A stretch of DNA of 64,000 bases, taken from positions 130,022 to 194,021 of IMG/VR virus record IMGVR_UViG_3300040801_002290; one strand, given 5' to 3'. The stretch is from a virus. Positions 28,913 to 38,954 of this stretch are shown piece by piece. The stretch's first letter is position 1; each line of letters starts with the position of its first letter. A program made the position numbers and the translations under genes. The notes beneath the pieces are model-generated. The model had not been told where the DNA came from. It was given only the letters and a program-made list of their open reading frames with translations, and did no database searches.

Positions 28913-31203
28913 TAAAAATCTAGCTCCGAAATATCAACTCGCGCAGTCCAAGTTATATTTTTAGCCGCTTCTCCGGTAACCTGAATTCTGGCATTAGCAA
29001 AGTTGGCAAGCGGGTCAACAGGAGCCGGGGTAATGGTTTCTACGTCAATAGACACATCCCACGCAGGAACGTCTTTGTGAATCTCGTTAATAATCGGAGT
29101 TCCCAAGAGCCTACCAACACCCTCTCTTACATCAGTTGCGAAGGTAATCTCCCAATAGGCAGACTCGTCTGCAACTTCATCGAAGTTGGTGGCTACTAGA
29201 TAAACCTTAAATCCCGTCACGGTTCTGTCAAGTAGCGGAACGTGGTCGGAGGTATCCAGCCTCAAGTACGTGGGAGTAGCGTCAGTGGTTCTGACAAGCA
29301 TCTGCATACTGCTGGCCTTTCCTCCAGTTCTTATAGCGTTAGGGGTGCCAGTCCTGTTTAAATCGGCATTAACAGAGTTATAACCTGAAATTACAAACTC
29401 TACGTCCCTACGAGCATAAGAGGCCCTTGAAGCCGGGGAAATTCCCACGTACTCAACTCCCGCCCTGTCTATAACGTTGCTCTCTCCTCCAAGGATTGAG
29501 CGGAACCAGGCGTTTCCTGAAATTTCATTAAAAGAGCCGCCTAAAATAAAACCATGGTCAGAGGAGGTTGTTATTGAGTTACTGCTTCCGCCAAAAATAG
29601 CGTTGTTATTTCCCACATTCTCAATATTGTTTGAAACTCCGCTAACTATCATTCCATAACCATTGGCACTTGTTACTGTGGAGCCCTCAGAGGAAATTAT
29701 TGCCCCTAAATAAGAGTCTGTAACAACCCCGGTGGCTGACCCTATAACAGTAGAATAGCTAGAGGTGACTACCTCTGAGCTATCTCCCCCAAAAAGACTG
29801 TTGGCAAATCCAACATTTCCCACAAGTCCGGTGATTCTGCCAAACCCGCCGTCTGAGGTTACCGTTACGCTTGAGTCCGAGTAATTTATGTATGCATTAG
29901 CACCTACAGCTACAGAGTCAGACGAGTTTCTTACCTCGGCCAACGTTCCCAATACTACACCATTAGCGGAGTCCCTAAGGTGCGTGTATGAGCCAATACT
30001 TACACCACTGTTAGAGTTTTGTAAATCTACTACTCTACCCACCCCAACAGCGTCAGTTGAGTTTCTGACTAGACCATAACCGGGTACTATACCAATGGAT
30101 GAAGTGGAGCTTTGGTCAACAATAGCTCCCCACCCCATAGAGATTGCCCCTTCTGACGTGTCTACACCCGCCTGAAAACCTATAGCAATAGAGTTGTCAG
30201 ATGTGTTTATTGAGGAATTTGCTCCAATAGCAATAGAACTATTCACAGTGTCTATAGTGGAACCGGACCCTATAGCTAAGCTGTCGTATGCATCAAAAGC
30301 GTAAACACCGTCTCCCATAACGATGTCGCTGTAGCTAGTCTGCAATCCGGGAAGAGTCGCACCAAAATATCCAGACGTGCCCCAGTAAAATGAGGTATCC
30401 ACATTTTCAATGCTACTAAATGTACCAAACATTGAGCTACCGTACACAAGATAAGGGGCCAGACCAACACCCCCAATAGTGCTGTCAGACGTTTCTGAGA
30501 CCACATGGTTTCTTCCTACAACCGTGTTGTCAGCGGAGGTATCCAGAACTTGTATTGCAGAGCCTATAGCAACAGAGCCAAGAGCGGTACCAGCCACTGT
30601 TGGTAGAGTAAACCCTGTTGTTCTTCCGTCGTCCGCTATGTACGGAGAGCCGCTGCCCCCGCCAGCACCTATAGCTTCATAGGCTTCTTTCAAGGCCCCT
30701 TCAACATTTGCAGAGGTATAATAATTGTCCGCGTCGTCTATGGAGATGGAGGTGGCTGGAAAACCAGAGGGAACCGTGATAGCTTCTATAGCATCATTTA
30801 TTTCTATAAGAACGGTTTCTACATTATCTCCCGAAAAGTTTTCTCCGGTATCAGCAACTGCTATTTGAGAAGCGGTAGCAGAACTAAGAGCAATAGAAAG
30901 ATTTATTATACCCCCGTATAGATAGTCAAGAGCAGCCTCTACATCCGTACTGGTAAACCCAGCCTCTGAGCTTGTAAAAGTAACAATTGAAGCATCTACC
31001 GAGGTTAGAAAAGCTTCTAAATAAGTCGGGTTTATTTTACCGCCGACAATTAAGTCTCCTACCTGTTCCGGAGTAAGACCATTCAGATAACTCTCCAAAG
31101 AGTTAACAAAAATACGCAACAACTCCAGAGAGGTGTTGAGTTTTACTCTACCCTCCGCTAGTTTATCAGGTGCTAGAATCTCATCAAACGGTATGAGTGG
31201 CAT
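28912..31203 (-). CDS. Adhesin/tail fibre with YadA-head-like (Hep/Hag) repeats
   Basis: ~14-aa repeats SLAIGSGSTIDTVNSSIAIGANSSINTSDNSIAIGFQAG. A..I...D....F...NVE.AL fibre repeats near the N-terminus. Confidence 0.7.
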   Translation of the reverse strand: MPLIPFDEILAPDKLAEGRVKLNTSLELLRIFVNSLESYLNGLTPEQVGDLIVGGKINPTYLEAFLTSVDASIVTFTSSEAGFTSTDVEAALDYLYGGIINLSIALSSATASQIAVADTGENFSGDNVETVLIEINDAIEAITVPSGFPATSISIDDADNYYTSANVEGALKEAYEAIGAGGGSGSPYIADDGRTTGFTLPTVAGTALGSVAIGSAIQVLDTSADNTVVGRNHVVSETSDSTIGGVGLAPYLVYGSSMFGTFSSIENVDTSFYWGTSGYFGATLPGLQTSYSDIVMGDGVYAFDAYDSLAIGSGSTIDTVNSSIAIGANSSINTSDNSIAIGFQAGVDTSEGAISMGWGAIVDQSSTSSIGIVPGYGLVRNSTDAVGVGRVVDLQNSNSGVSIGSYTHLRDSANGVVLGTLAEVRNSSDSVAVGANAYINYSDSSVTVTSDGGFGRITGLVGNVGFANSLFGGDSSEVVTSSYSTVIGSATGVVTDSYLGAIISSEGSTVTSANGYGMIVSGVSNNIENVGNNNAIFGGSSNSITTSSDHGFILGGSFNEISGNAWFRSILGGESNVIDRAGVEYVGISPASRASYARRDVEFVISGYNSVNADLNRTGTPNAIRTGGKASSMQMLVRTTDATPTYLRLDTSDHVPLLDRTVTGFKVYLVATNFDEVADESAYWEITFATDVREGVGRLLGTPIINEIHKDVPAWDVSIDVETITPAPVDPLANFANARIQVTGEAAKNITWTARVDISELDF

Positions 31204-31213
31204 TCATTTACTC

Positions 31214-31777
31214 CTAAAGTCCAGCTACAATAAGACCTTGGTTTTCCTTTACCTTCTTCTCTACGTCGAGAAGTAGCTTTCCTACCGTTCCAGGGTTGTT
31301 CATCATAGCCGTGGAAAAAATCCAAACAGCATTTGCCAACTCTGTCGGGCTGTACTGACCAGGAACATCGTACCCAAACCCCTCTACAAGAGTAGAGACG
31401 TTGAAGGTCGTCTCAATATTAGCATTCCCAATTGGAGGAACGAAAACCGGGTCTCCCTCTTGAGTGTAGATGTTACCGTTAATAACTAGTCGATAGCTTC
31501 CAGCCCACGTCCTCATTCTCCAACCGTTGATAAGGAAGTAGGTGGAACCAAGGAAGTTTCCACCTACCGTTGGGTCCCCACCTACGTTTCTCATAGCTTG
31601 CTCATACTTACCGTGGTCATACATTACGGACCACTCTTTCCAGGCCGAATAAATGTCTTCCTTAACATTCATCTCAGTTACGCCTTCGTTTACAAGGACT
31701 AGTTTATTTACCCCGTCAAAAGTTACCTTATGACGATTCTCCCAATCCTGCCAGAAGGCGTAAAAGTACTGATTCAT
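31214..31777 (-). CDS. Virion structural protein, related to N-terminus of 33790-35307
   Basis: VTFDGVNKLV...DIYSAWKEW...YFLINGW versus IIFDTTGKTI...AVYSFCKEEW...FDVINGW. Confidence 0.5.
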   Translation of the reverse strand: MNQYFYAFWQDWENRHKVTFDGVNKLVLVNEGVTEMNVKEDIYSAWKEWSVMYDHGKYEQAMRNVGGDPTVGGNFLGSTYFLINGWRMRTWAGSYRLVINGNIYTQEGDPVFVPPIGNANIETTFNVSTLVEGFGYDVPGQYSPTELANAVWIFSTAMMNNPGTVGKLLLDVEKKVKENQGLIVAGL

Positions 31778-33390
31778 TACTGATACTCTCTCCAGGTAAT
31801 GTCCCCAGACACAGAAAGCTCGTCGGCAGGGTCAACCGGCTTTACAAACACACCAAGATAAGGGATGGTTCCATTATGCCAGGTGGACAAAAACTGATTT
31901 CCGGTGTACGGGAAAAGGTGGTCAACATTAATTGTCTTTCCTGGGTGAGTAATTCCTACGTAAATAATTCTTTCGGCCCCAGTAAGCACATCGTTTGAGT
32001 TCATGGTGTACTCAACAGCAGACTCAACGTCTTCATGAGGAATCCAGTTTGGAGTAGTTAATGTTGGGCTAAAGGCCAACGCTACTCTAATGTTTCTTTC
32101 TGCGTCAAACGTAGTGTCTGTAGCGGAGAAGTTAAGAGCAAACGGAAGAGCAAAGATTCTGTTCTTTCTACCTTTGTACATGGCTGCTGTACGTATGGAG
32201 CCCAGGTGAGTATAGGATGCACCGGTAACAATCTTGGTATCCAAATCCTTACCAAAGAAATTGTGAATAGGGTCAACTAGTTGCTCCTGACCAACAGTTG
32301 CCAAATTGGCAAGAAACTCACTCGTGGAACCAGTAGTACCCAAGTTATGCTGCTCGAAAGAGACCGGAAGAGTTGCAGAGCGCATGTATGAGTAGTCCTG
32401 CTTATTGGTGTTTTCAAATATGTGAGCAGTGACTCTGGAGCCGTCTGGAGCAAATACACCAAATCTTACTCGACCACCGCCCAAATATGCTAAGTCAATC
32501 CACCAAATGTTATTTTTGGCGGGATTAACATTCATCTGAGAAATTCCCGTTCCGTCTAGCCTGTCAGTATTCCACTCAGATTGAGGAACTCTTGTTTCTT
32601 CTACTCCGTTGCCCATATTCTTTCTCAAAACAACATTGAGAGTATGTTCATAAAGTTCGAAGAATAGACCGTCGTCCTCATCGAAGTATCCCCAACGACG
32701 AACAACGTTGTCCTTACCTTCATCTCCCATGTCTACAGTCATTTTAATTAGCTGACTAACACCTGGGTGATATTGATGGTATTTATTGCTTCTTCGAATA
32801 ATCGAATCTGTAGCACCAGTTCCGCAGCGCAGAATGTAAGTGCCCCTGTCAGAATCGTACTCACCCTCGGCTCCACCGACAACAACATTGCTGAATAGGT
32901 GAGGAAGTTCATCGTAGGCGGGATTATAAGCACCGATTGTACGATACTGAGTAACTTGCAAAGCCCCAAAAGCATCGAACTGACCGGAGCCTTCTGCAAA
33001 TCTAATGTTGGCAGCACCTTTTACATCTACAGACTGAGCAAAGTATGGGTTATTTCCACCAACAAGTTGTGTCTGGTTTACATGAAAGGATTCCTGACCA
33101 GAAACCTGAAAAGTCGTTCCATTAACTACGACAGTTTCTCCGACATCGAAGGAATTTAATTCAAAGCCGGGTAAAAGAATTACATCAAGAGCCCCTGTGG
33201 TAGCAGTGGTAGGCAAGTGTTTAATAACATATCCACGAGTACCACTAACCTGACCAACAGCTTCGTCCCCAATTAGGACTCCACTGCCAGTCGCGGCGAT
33301 GTATTCTACGTGAAGGAAATGACTTATGTGAAAGCGCCTACCGGCACCATCAGGAGGCATTCCTATTGATGTTCTAGGATGTGCGGACAT
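31777..33390 (-). CDS. Virion structural protein (beta-rich, jelly-roll-like)
   Basis: 537 aa; RRWGYFD..DGLFFEL...WNTDRLDGTG...WIDLAYLGGGRVRFG motif seen in phage structural modules. Confidence 0.55.
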   Translation of the reverse strand: MSAHPRTSIGMPPDGAGRRFHISHFLHVEYIAATGSGVLIGDEAVGQVSGTRGYVIKHLPTTATTGALDVILLPGFELNSFDVGETVVVNGTTFQVSGQESFHVNQTQLVGGNNPYFAQSVDVKGAANIRFAEGSGQFDAFGALQVTQYRTIGAYNPAYDELPHLFSNVVVGGAEGEYDSDRGTYILRCGTGATDSIIRRSNKYHQYHPGVSQLIKMTVDMGDEGKDNVVRRWGYFDEDDGLFFELYEHTLNVVLRKNMGNGVEETRVPQSEWNTDRLDGTGISQMNVNPAKNNIWWIDLAYLGGGRVRFGVFAPDGSRVTAHIFENTNKQDYSYMRSATLPVSFEQHNLGTTGSTSEFLANLATVGQEQLVDPIHNFFGKDLDTKIVTGASYTHLGSIRTAAMYKGRKNRIFALPFALNFSATDTTFDAERNIRVALAFSPTLTTPNWIPHEDVESAVEYTMNSNDVLTGAERIIYVGITHPGKTINVDHLFPYTGNQFLSTWHNGTIPYLGVFVKPVDPADELSVSGDITWREYQ

Positions 33391-33399
33391 TCAGCCTCC

Positions 33400-33771
33400 T
33401 TAGTTTGTTTCTTCTTCTTCTTCTTCTGACTCCTGTGGAAAAAACCAGGTCTGTTCCACGGACTCTTCTTCCTCTGGCTCCTGAGGCTGGTCGAAGGGCC
33501 AGTCCTGTGCCAACTCTAGAAGTTTTTCATTCCATCTTTCTTCGTAGGACTTTTTTAGAGGAATTACCAACCAATGACCCCTTGGCCAAGTTCCTTCTTC
33601 CCCAACATCCCACGTCTTGTTGAAGTTGTGCCAGCCGTCAAATTCTGGCTGGGTTTCAAAGTACCCCTGTAGACCATCTTCCGGGTCTACAGGGATACCA
33701 TTCTGAATTCTAAAGAGTCGGTAGCGCAGCTTTCGCCTATTAAGCTCCCGAATATCTAATTTTACGGCCAT
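33400..33771 (-). CDS. Hypothetical protein with acidic C-terminus
   Basis: 123 aa in operon. Confidence 0.55.
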   Translation of the reverse strand: MAVKLDIRELNRRKLRYRLFRIQNGIPVDPEDGLQGYFETQPEFDGWHNFNKTWDVGEEGTWPRGHWLVIPLKKSYEERWNEKLLELAQDWPFDQPQEPEEEESVEQTWFFPQESEEEEEETN

Positions 33772-33789
33772 TAGTTACCACCAATCTCA

Positions 33790-35307
33790 TTAAACTGGGT
33801 TGCTATAGTTACGTTCAAGGGCGGAAACCAAGGAGAAGGTCTGTCCTACTGACCTACCGATGGTACCGTTTAGACGCACGAACTGTGCGGTAGAAAGTCC
33901 AATAGCGACAACTACTACACCAGCGTCTGTGGCTGGAGTACGACCCCCTTGGATATTACCGTCATAATCAAAGGTCCAGTTCACAAATGCCTGAGAATTA
34001 ACAAGACCAGTAATTGGGGTACCACTGTTGTCGTTTACAATGATAGCATTAGTTGTTCCGTAGTTTCCACCTGGGTTGGTGTTGAAGAACATCCAGTACT
34101 TGGCAGAAGCGTCGTTCTGCAAGTTGTCGTTGAAGTTAATGGTTCCAGCGGCAACGAAGGGGAAGGTCTGAGAAGAGCCGTTTGCATCACGGAATTCAAT
34201 TCTGTTGGTGTCGTTGGAGTTGAAGTCGTCTACGAAAACTCCAGTACCGGTAACCAACGTATCTCCAAGGAAGCTTAGTAGCTGAGGAGCGATGTTTCCG
34301 TTTACGTTTCCGAAACCATCTGTCGGAACATCATCGTTGATATTGGAAGCCTGACGGTTGCGATACTGAGTAAATTCGTATACTCTTTCAGCTACCTGAC
34401 CGTCTGCGTCAACGATAACGTTGAAGGGGTACCAGTCAGCGCCGATTTGCCTCTCCCCAATGTATGACTCCCAATTTGTGCCATCTGCACTCGGGTCAGT
34501 GGTTCCACTTGTGGCAATTAGACAACGGTACCACCTGTCGTTAATAGGTGATTGAACAACGTCTCCTGGGGTATAAGAAGTCCCGGAAACCCAAAGAGTA
34601 AACCCATCACCAATAAGGTAGCTAATCTTCATGTTGGCATAAACACCCTGTAATCCACCGTCATCAATATCAATATCAGCAGCAACAATCTTAGGGTCAA
34701 GGGCGTTAGCAAGAGGAAGCTTGTACACGGTGTAGTCAATGACATTTACGGCCTGTTCTGCAAGGCTGGACTGAGAATAAACCTTACCCTGCTCACGAAG
34801 GAAGGCTGTGAAAAAGTCTCGGTAGTCAAAATCTCCGTGAGTAGCATCGCCGTAAACCTTTACGGCTTCGTTTACTGGACCAGTATATACCGTATCAGTA
34901 GTTGAGGCGGTATTACCAGCAACTTGCTGATAGTATGCCTGGTCCGCGAGGGGGTCATTCATAAGACCTAGAGTGATGAAACCGAAGTACTCTTCTTGCG
35001 AAACACCCACAGCGTCACGAAGAGACCAACCACCGTCACGAATCAACTCTCTGGTAGTTTGGTCATCCCAATCCCACCCGTTGATAACATCGAATTTAGC
35101 TTCCGTAATAGCTTCTAGGGGGAAGGGAAGCTTGATAAGGTTTGCGTCGTCCTTCCATTCTTCCTTACAGAAAGAGTAAACCGCCTGTAGGGTTACACCA
35201 TCGTCACTCAGGTTTCCAGCCTTTAGAAGCTGAATGGTTTTACCCGTGGTGTCGAAAATAATCTCGGTTGCCTGAGAAAGCTGGTCCGGGTCAATAATTT
35301 TTGCCAT
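33790..35307 (-). CDS. Virion structural protein
   Basis: 505 aa, strong SD (AGGAGGGAGG), internal CBM-like insert (WVSGTSYTPGDVVQ), ends ERNYSNPV. Confidence 0.6.
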   Translation of the reverse strand: MAKIIDPDQLSQATEIIFDTTGKTIQLLKAGNLSDDGVTLQAVYSFCKEEWKDDANLIKLPFPLEAITEAKFDVINGWDWDDQTTRELIRDGGWSLRDAVGVSQEEYFGFITLGLMNDPLADQAYYQQVAGNTASTTDTVYTGPVNEAVKVYGDATHGDFDYRDFFTAFLREQGKVYSQSSLAEQAVNVIDYTVYKLPLANALDPKIVAADIDIDDGGLQGVYANMKISYLIGDGFTLWVSGTSYTPGDVVQSPINDRWYRCLIATSGTTDPSADGTNWESYIGERQIGADWYPFNVIVDADGQVAERVYEFTQYRNRQASNINDDVPTDGFGNVNGNIAPQLLSFLGDTLVTGTGVFVDDFNSNDTNRIEFRDANGSSQTFPFVAAGTINFNDNLQNDASAKYWMFFNTNPGGNYGTTNAIIVNDNSGTPITGLVNSQAFVNWTFDYDGNIQGGRTPATDAGVVVVAIGLSTAQFVRLNGTIGRSVGQTFSLVSALERNYSNPV

Positions 35308-35381
35308 GAAATCCTCCCTCCTATAGGAGATGAATGCTTAGTTTGTTCCTCATTCTATCAAAACCCCAGGATTATTACTAC

Positions 35382-36962
35382 TTAGACTGGGTTTGAATAG
35401 TTTCTATCAAATCTTTGCTGTACTGGAATAGTTACACCGTTAGAGGTTAGTGTAGAAGAGATACCCAACCACACATATTGTATGTTGTGTATGTATACGT
35501 CAACATCAACATCTCCTGTGTAGTTATATTGGAAGGAGAAGGTAGTTCCAGAGCTTTCCACACCTGCCAATTCTACACCGTCGCTCTTTCTGTAGACTCT
35601 GACCTCGCTGCCAGCGACAAGACCAGTAACAGAAAAAGTCTGAGTATTCTGAACCGTCGTTGTTGCTCCTGTGCCGTTAGTTACGCTAATACCAGAACCA
35701 CCGGACACCTGTAGTGTTACAGAGCCTCCTGAGTTGTTGTAAATAGCGGCGTTTGTGGTGCCGTCTGCCCCGTAGCCTGTAAAAATAAAATTAGAAAGTA
35801 CATATGTACCAGGAGAAGTGATTAGAATCGCGTGTCCAGTACCGCCAGATTGGAAGGTAATTCCGCTCATTTGCGTTGTATCAGTGAGAAGCATCGCTCC
35901 ACCCGTGTCGGTAGAGTTGGAAATTGTGTTATTTCTAAACTCAACCACTCCGGGAGAGATTCTTCCACATCCCTGGAAGGCGTTACCCGTAACTACGTGA
36001 CTTTGCGCCGCCGTGTCCGTGCCAAACTGAACGGTACTACTGATTTCGGTTACGGTGTTTCCGGTAAAGGTAAAGGTATTAACGGAGTTTGTGTTGAATT
36101 CAAGTCGGGCAAAGGGACCGGCTGTCGTGATGGTAGAGTTTCTTAGAATGAAGTGTGTTTCTCCGGTGCCGCCTTGAACTTTTAGATAGTATTTATCATT
36201 GCTGATGTTTCTGTTCTCAAAAGCTATAACAATACCCGAGTCCTCAAACCAACTATTTCCCGTAGCCGCTCCGAAAGTAAGTGGCCCTTGCAATCCATAA
36301 ACACCTGTAATCAATTCTCTTATTACTCCGTGTGCTTTGTTTGCAGCAGTGCTTCCATCCTCGGTAGATACCTCAAGGAAATTTCCCCTGTCTCCCGTCG
36401 TGCCGCCAGTAACAACTAATCCGTCATTACCAATACGTATAATATCCACCGCAACGTTAATACCTCCACCCAATCCCTTGGACTGAGTGGTAAAGTCTGA
36501 GCCAAATTGTGTAATAGCTGCCAGGTTTAGGTTGGCGAAGCTACCGGCGCGAGCTACGGTAAGACCGTTTGTGTTCATGGTAGAAGCCTGAGAGCCGTCT
36601 AGAACAAGACAATCCCAGTCTGGAGCAACTTCAAGGTGGGTAAATGTTTTTCTGTCTCCACCGGCCATTTTGAAACTTACTCTGTCTGTACCGTCACCTA
36701 AATGCATCGCATGGGCCGGGTTAGCATCAAGCCAGGAACCTTGCTGAGCGAAATTGTTAGACCAGATATAAATCAGAGTATTTGAAACGTTTCTTGCTGT
36801 AGTCGTAAAGTAAACTTGGCCAGTAGTAATGTTAAAAGTAGATACTACTGAGTTCGTTCCCTCCATAACAACAGTGTTAGAGGTTCCACCGGAGCCAGTC
36901 CACCCAGTAGTGTTTTCAGCGTTGGTTATCGTTGTCCTAGTGTCGGTTACGACTACTGCCAT
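35382..36962 (-). CDS. Virion structural protein with beta-helix-like segment
   Basis: 526 aa, Thr/Gly/Asn-rich, ends DRNYSNPV. Confidence 0.6.
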   Translation of the reverse strand: MAVVVTDTRTTITNAENTTGWTGSGGTSNTVVMEGTNSVVSTFNITTGQVYFTTTARNVSNTLIYIWSNNFAQQGSWLDANPAHAMHLGDGTDRVSFKMAGGDRKTFTHLEVAPDWDCLVLDGSQASTMNTNGLTVARAGSFANLNLAAITQFGSDFTTQSKGLGGGINVAVDIIRIGNDGLVVTGGTTGDRGNFLEVSTEDGSTAANKAHGVIRELITGVYGLQGPLTFGAATGNSWFEDSGIVIAFENRNISNDKYYLKVQGGTGETHFILRNSTITTAGPFARLEFNTNSVNTFTFTGNTVTEISSTVQFGTDTAAQSHVVTGNAFQGCGRISPGVVEFRNNTISNSTDTGGAMLLTDTTQMSGITFQSGGTGHAILITSPGTYVLSNFIFTGYGADGTTNAAIYNNSGGSVTLQVSGGSGISVTNGTGATTTVQNTQTFSVTGLVAGSEVRVYRKSDGVELAGVESSGTTFSFQYNYTGDVDVDVYIHNIQYVWLGISSTLTSNGVTIPVQQRFDRNYSNPV

Positions 36963-37444
36963 TATAGGTTACTCCAAGGTTCTTTTTCTATCTGACCGGG
37001 AGTTTCCCAAGGCCCGGTTTTTTTGAGACGGTCATAAAGAACAATTGCTAAGGCGTGATACGGCCAAAGTAGTGCTTTGTTCTGAACAGTCTGAATGTAC
37101 ACGGACTTATCTTCTTCTCTCCTGTTTCCTAGAGAAGGTCGGTAGTTTGAACTTCCAAAAATATACAAAGCATTTTCCGGGTGTACGAAACTTTCTAAGT
37201 CTTCGTCTCCCCTAGGCTCTACATACACATGTGTATACTCTTTTTTCACGGCTAAAATATCTTCCATGGAGTGATACTCTTGTAAATCTACCTCTCTCCA
37301 TTCACTATGGCGTATGCCTGTAACCGGAAACATGCTCCAGTCTTGCACGGCAAAATCCCTCATCATAAGGTTCCAAGAATTCGCCTCTCGGAGTGGGTAG
37401 TCCCACCCTATGTCCCAATTTCCCGCCACAGCAATTTTCGCCAT
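36962..37444 (-). CDS. SPOUT-family (TrmL/TrmH-like) RNA methyltransferase
   Basis: LESFVHPENALYIFGS...SVYIQT...LLWPYHALAIVLYDRL matches the SPOUT knot region (TrmL: YLMFGPE...IRIPM...SMNLSNAVSVVVYE). 160 aa, catalytic domain only. Confidence 0.65.
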   Translation of the reverse strand: MAKIAVAGNWDIGWDYPLREANSWNLMMRDFAVQDWSMFPVTGIRHSEWREVDLQEYHSMEDILAVKKEYTHVYVEPRGDEDLESFVHPENALYIFGSSNYRPSLGNRREEDKSVYIQTVQNKALLWPYHALAIVLYDRLKKTGPWETPGQIEKEPWSNL

Positions 37445-37463
37445 ATGTATTACCTCTCATGGA

Positions 37464-37492
37464 ATTATACACTAGAATGACAGCAAAGTAAA
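37464..37492 (-). promoter_or_regulatory. Sigma70-type promoter heading the 37.4 kb minus-strand operon
   Basis: TTTACT(37487-37492)-17 bp-TG-extended TATAAT(37464-37469); GAGG SD before ATG 37444. Confidence 0.6.
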
Positions 37493-37512
37493 AGGCCCGG
37501 ATTTACCGGGCC
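37490..37512 (-). terminator. Intrinsic terminator
   Basis: GGCCCGG-ATTTA-CCGGGCC followed by TTTT on the minus strand, downstream of the 68-aa gene. Confidence 0.7.
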
Positions 37513-37534
37513 ATAATACCACCTGATTGTATAC

Positions 37535-37741
37535 TTACTCTGGACGCTCTCTCTGCCCGCGCATAAGCTCTCTAATAGCCATATGGAACTCTCGTCTATC
37601 GCTTCCTATAATGGCCTCCTCTCCGGGCTGCTCGATAATAAAACCCTCGATTTCGCTTGAAATCTCTAGAGTTACACCCTCAATCATAGCTACTCTGAAA
37701 AGCATTGGGTTTGCTAAAGAACTATTTAGTCTAATTACCAT
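37535..37741 (-). CDS. Hypothetical protein
   Basis: 68 aa, AGGAGG SD. Confidence 0.6.
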   Translation of the reverse strand: MVIRLNSSLANPMLFRVAMIEGVTLEISSEIEGFIIEQPGEEAIIGSDRREFHMAIRELMRGQRERPE

Positions 37742-37820
37742 TTTATTCCTCCTATTAAAACGGGCTATAAATAAAGCCCGAGAATTTCTACAAACTCATT
37801 ATATCATCGAGCAGGAATAT

Positions 37821-38129
37821 CTACAAACTGTAAGTTACGAACTCCCCATTATAGGTTACCGGAACTCCTCCAAAAGTAACTATACTCTCAAGCACAACAC
37901 CGTTGTCAATTCTAGCAACATAGGAACCTTCTGAGGAGGTAGCGTATATTACAACGTCCTCACCAAAGAAATTTTCTAAACTTTCCAAAATCAAATCCCC
38001 GGTGGAAAAAGCCTCAAAGTTAATCTGTGCTGGAGAAGGTATTATTTCCGAAGAATTATCAGGATGAATTAGGACTTTGGGGTATATGTCATTCACATGC
38101 TCTGGTGAGATAACTATTCTTCCTTTCAT
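37821..38129 (-). CDS. Stand-alone copy of the shared N-terminal module (YPK subtype)
   Basis: VNDIYPKVLIHPDNSSEIIPSP resembles NKEYPKILIEQDGSYSVISTP (809 aa), NNLYPKIKLSDESYEIIPSG (391 aa) and LNDYYPKVALVGEDFVTIP (184 aa). Confidence 0.55.
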   Translation of the reverse strand: MKGRIVISPEHVNDIYPKVLIHPDNSSEIIPSPAQINFEAFSTGDLILESLENFFGEDVVIYATSSEGSYVARIDNGVVLESIVTFGGVPVTYNGEFVTYSL

Positions 38130-38173
38130 CTTGTGTTCCTGCCTCTAGGATTCATACGCTAATAGGTTTGACA

Positions 38174-38584
38174 TCAGAAGGGCTCCATTTTAATGCCTAA
38201 GTCTATGGTTGCACTTCCAGTTCCTATATTCTCTATCTCTATGTTCATATTGTTATCTCCTAGGGAGTCTCTGAAATACCAAGCTTGAGAAACATCTTCC
38301 GGGAGTGCTTCCGTGAACTCAGCAGAATATTTTATTCCTTCCGGGGAATTATCAGAAAAAGCAACTCTTACGGAATTCCCCGCTAAAAGACCAGTTGTAC
38401 CCACGTACACACCGTACATCCTGTTAAAGGGTATAGCGACAGAAGTGGTGTAGGTAGTTGCCTCAGCTACAACGATATCTTCCAAAAGAATCTCAACAAT
38501 ATCCGGTAATTCTTTTTCGGCTATAAGTATTTCCTCCCCGTCTAAACGAAGATTTACCCCGTAGCCCTTAGTGATTTCAGGCAT
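38174..38584 (-). CDS. Hypothetical beta-sandwich protein
   Basis: 136 aa, coupled to neighbour. Confidence 0.55.
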   Translation of the reverse strand: MPEITKGYGVNLRLDGEEILIAEKELPDIVEILLEDIVVAEATTYTTSVAIPFNRMYGVYVGTTGLLAGNSVRVAFSDNSPEGIKYSAEFTEALPEDVSQAWYFRDSLGDNNMNIEIENIGTGSATIDLGIKMEPF

Positions 38585-38954
38585 TTCTACTCCTTGGTTC
38601 TATATAAATAGGAGGATAAATTCTTGGCACCTTAATAGTGGACTGCTCCTTACCCAGATTAAAACCATATTCAATATTGGCAATAGGTCCGGGAATAATA
38701 AACTCTATTGAAGTTACTGAAACGGGTATTGATGACTGTGGAAAAAGGTTGCCCTTGTCTGGGGCCAGCAGGCTGGGACTTTCCTTTTCTCCCTTAGTGA
38801 CTTGAACACCTGTATACAGGGAAGGAATTATTGCCCCAACATTACTAACCGTGTAGTTTTGTATGTTGGTGGCTATATAGGACTCCGGAAAACTATCCAC
38901 CACAACACCAGTGTAGTTATCAACATAGGAGTCTATTGTACCCAAGTCAGCCAT
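38577..38954 (-). CDS. Hypothetical protein
   Basis: 125 aa, TAATG coupling. Confidence 0.55.
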   Translation of the reverse strand: MADLGTIDSYVDNYTGVVVDSFPESYIATNIQNYTVSNVGAIIPSLYTGVQVTKGEKESPSLLAPDKGNLFPQSSIPVSVTSIEFIIPGPIANIEYGFNLGKEQSTIKVPRIYPPIYIEPRSRNA

